A DNA stretch of 64,000 nucleotides, taken from Candidatus Methanofastidiosum methylothiophilum. Lineage in GTDB: Archaea > Methanobacteriota_B > Thermococci > Methanofastidiosales > Methanofastidiosaceae. Positions 58,424 through 64,000 of the stretch are shown one piece after another. The position numbers and the translations under genes were made by a program. The notes under the pieces were generated by a model. That model made no database searches. It had not been told where the DNA came from and saw nothing but the letters and a program-made list of their open reading frames with translations. Numbering within the stretch: the first letter of the stretch is position 1; every line of letters begins with the position of its first letter. The stretch is from positions 2,937 to 66,936 of the forward strand of contig LNJC01000003.1 of the NCBI GenBank assembly GCA_001587575.1, written 5' to 3'.

Positions 58424-61400
58424 TCAATCTATTAATATTTCATGGCCACAAGCATATACAATGATATTTTGCTGCAATTTCCTTGCATCGGTAACATATA
58501 CCTCATTTGGATGCATATTTGTTCCCATAGAAGTTCTATTATTCTTGTATCTATCCAAATCCAAAGTTGTTACTATAATGGCAGATTCAAGATTATTGAA
58601 TATATTCCTTCTTTCTTTTACCATAAGAACTGGCCCACCCGTTGCTTGGGGCACAAAAATAGTTCCTCCTGTAACCCTAAAAGGTCCGCTTGGAACAGGT
58701 ATCTCATTTGGATCCCCTTTTACTTCATATATTTTATCAAATGTCTTTAAGTTAAAAATAATATTGTTATTTGTCCATCCAGTATCTCTTATGTCAAAAT
58801 ATCCGTGTGTGCACATTGCGAATTCGTTTGGAAGCCTAAAAGTAATTGGATTTTCTAGGGATGATTTTTGTAAATTATACTTATTGCCTATGTTTAAATT
58901 AAGATTAAGATCATTAAGCCAGTCTAATCCCTGGAAAGGCCTTCCACGGGGCCAAGTTGCTGCCTGGCCATCAAGTCCAAAAAAGAATTCTCCTTCAGGC
59001 ATGTCCCCATGATCCCACTCTATTCTATTTCCATATTTATCTATATAAAGAGCTCCTGACCATTGCTGGGTTGTAATCGTATTTGGATTTCCTGGAGGGC
59101 CTCTGCTGTTTTGCCATGCAGTGTATATTACAGGAAGATTTCTATGCACATCATTTAGTTCTCCATAGATTTTATAGCTCTCTCCAATTGGTTCAGTTGA
59201 TACCCTACCTATCGATAGATCTGAGCCTTGGAATGTTGGAAGCCATGAATACTTCCCGTAATAATATGTATTCGGAGGAGAATTATATCTTTGTTTAGAA
59301 GTAATAATATATGAATCATAAGTAGACTCCCAATTATTCTCGTTTATTGCAGTAATAAAAATTTTGTTATTAGTATCGCCTGCATAGTAAGGAATAGTAA
59401 ATGTTATGTTATTGAAGCTATAAACATATTGTGTTCCTTCTGCACAGACACCTGAAGTATTGACATTTATCGTACCGGAACCAGGTAAGTATTCATAACT
59501 TTCATCTCTTATAAGAACTAAGCTACCTGGAGATTGCATAGCATATCTTATTTTTCCAATTTTCCCAATTGATATTTCTACTTCTTTAATTTTGTCTTTG
59601 CATTGATCTATAGTAAAATTCATAGAAACTGTAGCGCCTTCTTGAGCCCTGTGTTCCATAGAGAGGTTCTTAATAGTTGGGGCTAGTGATCTTGTGATAT
59701 AGTACCAATCACTAGTCTGGGATCTATTGCCAAGTTTATCCGATGCTTCTACCCTAACCTCAATCTTATACGTATTTTCCCAAGGCCATATGGGAGTATA
59801 AGATACTCTATAATCATTTAGGCCTAACGGATCTATTTTAATGTTATTAGTTACTTCCATGTTAATAACACTTGCATTTGAAGAAGATTTCCCAATAATA
59901 AACATTCTAATTGAATTTCTATCTACGCCTGCATATGAGTCTGTGATGTCTAGAGTGATTGGAGCTGTAGTAGATACTATATCATTCTGCCCAGGGGATA
60001 GATTACTAAAGATAGGGCCAGTCTTTTTAGCCCTTAATATGTTAGATTGCAAACTTGAACCTTCGTTTCCGGCAAGGTCTCTCATTATTATTTCTATACC
60101 ATATAGATTACCATCAATAACATTAGAAGGTATATCGATTTCATCCATTATTGTATGTGTTCCACCGCCAGTTACATAATTAAGATTGGGAGTAGTAATG
60201 ACTCTTGGAGCTGTTTCTAAAATTGTATTCGAGCCATCACGTAATCTAATTATGTATGATGCCGGATATTTTTCAGTATATGTAAAAGTGATATATGCTT
60301 TACCTCCTGCCCTTACAGTTTGAGGATTAACAGACGTAGGGGCATTAATAGTAATATTTGGATTAGAATTATCATAAATTACCCACCTAGTCGCATAAGT
60401 ATCGTTCTGATCACTACCTGTGGGCTCTCCGTCTACTTTTACCCTGATAATATTTAATCCTACAGTCAAAGGATTTACATTAAAACTAAAACTTGGATTT
60501 GGAGATAAAGAAAAAGCGGGGGCCACTGAATTCACGTCCCATGAAGCTGAACTTGCTGGAGTAGAGCCGATAAAGTTTATAGATGACTGATTAGTAAATG
60601 TCAAGAAGGTTTGAGGTTGACTTATTGTTAAATTAGGCCCAGGATTATTGAAATAAAAACTCCAATTATTTACTAAGAAGTTTCCTAATGTATCTTCAAT
60701 ATATACTGTTGAAGTATGAGTTCCATCGTTTATATCGGCCGCGGGGATATGCGTAATACTGTTAGTATTACTTGAAATTTTATAGTCTCCATCTAAATAA
60801 AGCCTCGATCCTAGGATACCCGCACCTAAATCATCATAATTTACAAATATTACTGGTGTACTGTTAAGGGCTTGTGTCTCTGGAGATTTACTTAAAATCA
60901 AAGGAGGGGCCCTATCTCTTAGAATTTCAATTTTCGTTAAAAGTGTATTTTGGGCTCGATCGTATGTAACAAAAGAATAATTATAATCTCCCTCTGAAAG
61001 CGGCAAATAGTAATAATAATTATGAGGATCTGTCCAGATTGGATTATTTACAAATTGTAAAACCTGAGTCTGATACATTGACTTATCAATTCCACTTAAA
61101 GCATCTGATGCAGAATAATCTATTCTTGTATAGGGGCTAATTGTAGGTGAAGTTATAATAGGAGTTATTACAGAACTAGATGGAAGAACTGCATCCTTTT
61201 TAATTTCAAATCTAAAGATAGAAGCAGGATTATTTGTATAAAAACTAGAGCGTTCTATAAAGTTACCCTGCTCATCAGTTGATTGGAATCTAACTTGATA
61301 AATTCCAGCCAGATACTCTCCTGGAACTGGCCATTCTGTAGAAAAGGTATTGTCTTGTGCCAATCTATCTGGTGTAATACCATTATCAAATAAGAATTTT

Positions 61401-63121
61401 CCCCCCACAAGGACTCCATCGGCTTCCCTATAAATATTTACCCCCGCATGGATAATACTGCTTACATCAGTTATGTTAGAATAAAAGACAATTTTCCCGC
61501 CATCTCCATTTATCCATATGGAAGGAAGTTGGATTCCAGATGAGTTCTGATCATCTGTGATTATGTTAGGATTTAGTATTCTAGGGGGGTCAAGATCTGA
61601 TAGAACTGAAGGATGAGGATAATAGTTATCGTTATCTGGGTCAGGCTCTGCTGAGGCACTATCAATTGAGAATTGCCCGAAGGTTATAAGCCCTCTAGAG
61701 TAGTCCACGCCTTTAAATGATAACCTATTAAGGGCTAAGAAATTTGTCAGATCGCCCCTATAAGAATTAAGTTTTGGTAATAAATTAGGATCATTTGTAG
61801 CTCCTGAACCTACAATTATAAGCGAGAAGTCTCTATAGTTTAATATATCGGGATTGCCATCAATTGCAGCTATTTCTGCGAACCTAGGATCTAAAGTTCC
61901 ATATTCTGAAGGGCTTCTTCTTTCAGTAGGGTCAAGAAGCCACTTAATCGGGTACATCTGAACATTAATAGTTGTTCCAGGATAGTTAATTCCGTTTAAT
62001 CCAACAGGGGAATCAACACTTCCATACAAAACGAAATAATTACAGTGATAATTACTGTCAGAAGTAGCATCAAATGCATCCATAGTATCGAATAAAAGAT
62101 TATCAAAATTCTCTGTATTGTACATAACTAAGGCAATTGGAATAGATTCAAAAATATCTTGTTTTGTTAATTTATACATTGGAATATTGAAAAAATTATT
62201 AGCATCATAATAAGATTCAAAATCATTTTTTGGAGCGGCTATGAATTCGCTCATATTTACAATCCATGGCCCTAAATTTTTAGCAAAGTTTAATTTATAC
62301 AAATCGGTTTTAGTATAAATTTGCCCTTCATTTTCTTTCATCACATATGAGGTAAGGTTAACACGTATGTACAACTTCAAATCATTTACCCAATCAGATT
62401 TAGGAAGTCTAACTGCATATCTTCCTTGAGAATTAGTTCTAGTGATGGCTATTGTTTCAAGTTTATCATTAATAAAAACGATTTCGGCATTTGCAAGAGG
62501 GGGGTCAATTGTATTCCCAGTTGTGTTCATTGTGGGGCTAGTTTCATTTTGTCCTTCAGTGTTATCATAGACATAACCCTGTAGGGTCCATGTATCCCCC
62601 GTAACTGGAATCTCTGGAGAAAGGCTTAGGAGTACATCATTTGCCCCCTCATTTTTTATGTATATTCTATATTGTCCTGCATTTAAAACTTCAAATCTTG
62701 AAATAATGTCAATTTCTCCACCATACTGAAGTTTAACATTAATTGCTCTCCCAGTAAAATAAGTATCCATTCCCATCTGTTGAGGTGCTGATTCTATTCC
62801 TGGTGCGTCCATGAAAAATATAATTGTATCGTTATTTTGGTCAGTTAGTATACTTCCCTTATCAAAATTAATATCAATATAACGTTGTGCTCCTTCTCCC
62901 TCAAATCTAACTTCTCTAATTTTTTTATCAAGTTCTAACAGAGCGTTTTGCATTGAATTAATCCTTGAAACGTCCCTTGACCTCTCAATCTGTGGTCCTG
63001 CAAATCGATACGCGGCAAAAACGGCGGCCACGGTAATAGCTAAAATTAACATTACTGTAATTACTTCTACTTGAGCCTTTTTTGATACTGGCCCTCTTTT
63101 TCTGATTATTTTATACCCCAT
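58424..63121 (-). CDS. giant (1565 aa) secreted protein with class III signal peptide, carboxypeptidase-regulatory-like and multiple Ig-like/beta-sandwich regions
   Basis: The N-terminus is MGYKIIRKRGPVSKKAQVEVITVMLILAITVAAVFAAY (KAQ plus hydrophobic helix). A CarboxypepD_reg-like segment reads AEIVFINDKLETIAITRTNSQGRYAVRLP. The rest is beta-rich, repetitive, and N/T/S-rich, with many N-x-S/T sequons. Confidence 0.6.
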   Translation of the reverse strand: MGYKIIRKRGPVSKKAQVEVITVMLILAITVAAVFAAYRFAGPQIERSRDVSRINSMQNALLELDKKIREVRFEGEGAQRYIDINFDKGSILTDQNNDTIIFFMDAPGIESAPQQMGMDTYFTGRAINVKLQYGGEIDIISRFEVLNAGQYRIYIKNEGANDVLLSLSPEIPVTGDTWTLQGYVYDNTEGQNETSPTMNTTGNTIDPPLANAEIVFINDKLETIAITRTNSQGRYAVRLPKSDWVNDLKLYIRVNLTSYVMKENEGQIYTKTDLYKLNFAKNLGPWIVNMSEFIAAPKNDFESYYDANNFFNIPMYKLTKQDIFESIPIALVMYNTENFDNLLFDTMDAFDATSDSNYHCNYFVLYGSVDSPVGLNGINYPGTTINVQMYPIKWLLDPTERRSPSEYGTLDPRFAEIAAIDGNPDILNYRDFSLIIVGSGATNDPNLLPKLNSYRGDLTNFLALNRLSFKGVDYSRGLITFGQFSIDSASAEPDPDNDNYYPHPSVLSDLDPPRILNPNIITDDQNSSGIQLPSIWINGDGGKIVFYSNITDVSSIIHAGVNIYREADGVLVGGKFLFDNGITPDRLAQDNTFSTEWPVPGEYLAGIYQVRFQSTDEQGNFIERSSFYTNNPASIFRFEIKKDAVLPSSSVITPIITSPTISPYTRIDYSASDALSGIDKSMYQTQVLQFVNNPIWTDPHNYYYYLPLSEGDYNYSFVTYDRAQNTLLTKIEILRDRAPPLILSKSPETQALNSTPVIFVNYDDLGAGILGSRLYLDGDYKISSNTNSITHIPAADINDGTHTSTVYIEDTLGNFLVNNWSFYFNNPGPNLTISQPQTFLTFTNQSSINFIGSTPASSASWDVNSVAPAFSLSPNPSFSFNVNPLTVGLNIIRVKVDGEPTGSDQNDTYATRWVIYDNSNPNITINAPTSVNPQTVRAGGKAYITFTYTEKYPASYIIRLRDGSNTILETAPRVITTPNLNYVTGGGTHTIMDEIDIPSNVIDGNLYGIEIIMRDLAGNEGSSLQSNILRAKKTGPIFSNLSPGQNDIVSTTAPITLDITDSYAGVDRNSIRMFIIGKSSSNASVINMEVTNNIKIDPLGLNDYRVSYTPIWPWENTYKIEVRVEASDKLGNRSQTSDWYYITRSLAPTIKNLSMEHRAQEGATVSMNFTIDQCKDKIKEVEISIGKIGKIRYAMQSPGSLVLIRDESYEYLPGSGTINVNTSGVCAEGTQYVYSFNNITFTIPYYAGDTNNKIFITAINENNWESTYDSYIITSKQRYNSPPNTYYYGKYSWLPTFQGSDLSIGRVSTEPIGESYKIYGELNDVHRNLPVIYTAWQNSRGPPGNPNTITTQQWSGALYIDKYGNRIEWDHGDMPEGEFFFGLDGQAATWPRGRPFQGLDWLNDLNLNLNIGNKYNLQKSSLENPITFRLPNEFAMCTHGYFDIRDTGWTNNNIIFNLKTFDKIYEVKGDPNEIPVPSGPFRVTGGTIFVPQATGGPVLMVKERRNIFNNLESAIIVTTLDLDRYKNNRTSMGTNMHPNEVYVTDARKLQQNIIVYACGHEILID

Positions 63122-63136
63122 TGGAATACCTTTGAG

Positions 63137-63158
63137 TATATAATAAAAAATAATAAAA
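63137..63158 (-). promoter_or_regulatory. possible internal TATA-box promoter upstream of the 1565-aa gene
   Basis: The minus strand reads TTTTATTATTTTTTATTATATA in the 79-nt gap between the membrane-protein gene and the 1565-aa gene, about 15-35 nt upstream of the ATG. Confidence 0.3.
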
Positions 63159-63200
63159 TATTATTTAATCTTTACTCTTTGATTTGCGAATACCTCAAAC

Positions 63201-63971
63201 CTACATTACTATTTTCTTTCTTGAAAACTCTGTCCCCATTACTATAGCAAGAGCTGAAGAGAATATGAGTATCAGTGAAAGCATAAGGTCAAGGAATATG
63301 CCTAGATTTGGTATAGGAAGCCCAGGAAGTCCTTTGAAGACTAGGAAGAGCACACCTGATAGTAACCATAATCCTCCAACAATATAGAGTACACCGTTAT
63401 CACTCCCCTTTGAACCAGAAGGAGTTCTTGCTTTCGTTCCAAAGAGTATCGGCGGTATCCCAGTAATCATCATTACAATGTAAAATGCAATCCCCATGAA
63501 ACTAGATTTTAGAATATTAAATACAGAGGAAATTGGATTATTTTGAGGAAGCATTCCCATATTATTGAACAAAAAGAATATAGCAAACGCAAGCCACACA
63601 AAACCCAATAAGTAAAGTGTTATTGGGGCAAAGATTGATCCTCCTTTTTTAGTTGGCTCTCCTTTCAGGTCTTTCATTAACTCTTTTGTGTCGATTCCGA
63701 GCTCCTGTGCTTCTCTTAAAATTTCTTCCATTGAAGGCTCTTCGCCAATTGGCTCATCTAGACTAAATCCAGAAGACTTTTTTGAGAAGATTGTATCAAT
63801 TCTTTCATCGGGCAATACTTGATTTACTTTTTTTAAGAAATCACTCTCTGAGAATTCATCTAGAGTTTCGTCGATGATTTTTTCATGTTTTTCTATAGTT
63901 GTGCCTTTTGTTTCTTCAATTGATTTTTTTGCATCTTCAGTTATTTTTCTTTCAAAGATCTCTTCAGGCAC
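63201..63971 (-). CDS. membrane protein with ~110-aa acidic cytoplasmic N-domain and 4 TM helices; first gene of the pilus-like operon, probably 5'-truncated by the window end
   Basis: The track ORF starts at GTG 63971, but the reading frame stays open to position 64000. The TM region reads GGSIFAPITLYLLGFVWLAFAIFFLF... Confidence 0.4.
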   Translation of the reverse strand: MPEEIFERKITEDAKKSIEETKGTTIEKHEKIIDETLDEFSESDFLKKVNQVLPDERIDTIFSKKSSGFSLDEPIGEEPSMEEILREAQELGIDTKELMKDLKGEPTKKGGSIFAPITLYLLGFVWLAFAIFFLFNNMGMLPQNNPISSVFNILKSSFMGIAFYIVMMITGIPPILFGTKARTPSGSKGSDNGVLYIVGGLWLLSGVLFLVFKGLPGLPIPNLGIFLDLMLSLILIFSSALAIVMGTEFSRKKIVM

Positions 63972-64000
63972 ATAAGATACTCTTCTTGGCTGTTCCTGTT

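Noticed and set aside
63201-63971. First gene of the pilus operon as the prepilin peptidase
   Set aside because: Only 4 TM helices follow a long soluble N-domain, and there are no paired Asp (GxGD-type) motifs characteristic of FlaK/PibD/TadV peptidases.
1-64000. rRNA, tRNA, integrase/transposase or prophage signatures
   Set aside because: No GC-rich tRNA-sized islands were found other than the RNase P RNA. No recombinase-like ORFs, terminal inverted repeats or phage structural genes were recognised.

Overview
This is a 64-kb window from an AT-rich (roughly 30% GC) euryarchaeal genome; nearly every recognisable protein has an archaeal signature. The organism is probably a methanogen-like archaeon, judging from an McrC/Mmp7-like protein, HypC/HypD, G1P dehydrogenase, GGGP synthase, 4-subunit PFOR and archaeosine TGT. 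Coding density is high, most genes are on the minus strand, and many gene pairs show overlapping stop/start codons (translational coupling). The first ~45 kb is largely housekeeping: PCNA, the conserved ftsZ-secE-spt5-rpl11-rpl1-rpl10-rpl12 cluster, pheS/pheT, FEN-1, argF, egsA, hypCD, peroxiredoxin and porGDAB. It is interrupted by a 1655-aa surface protein and several small or accessory genes. Two genes are missing from the ORF track: an RNase P RNA (9181-9485) and a 55-aa rpoK (Rpo6), plus a 38-aa zinc-ribbon ORF. The most unusual region is the last ~18 kb (45.8-64 kb). It is a minus-strand operon encoding a Tad-like type IV pilus machinery (VirB11/FlaI-family ATPase plus separate TadB-like and TadC-like membrane proteins). 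Upstream of it are five secreted proteins that all carry class III (prepilin-like) signal peptides. Two of these are giant (1565 aa and 1449 aa); the 1449-aa one contains an integrin-like FG-GAP beta-propeller. No CRISPR array, rRNA, tRNA or obvious mobile element was seen.
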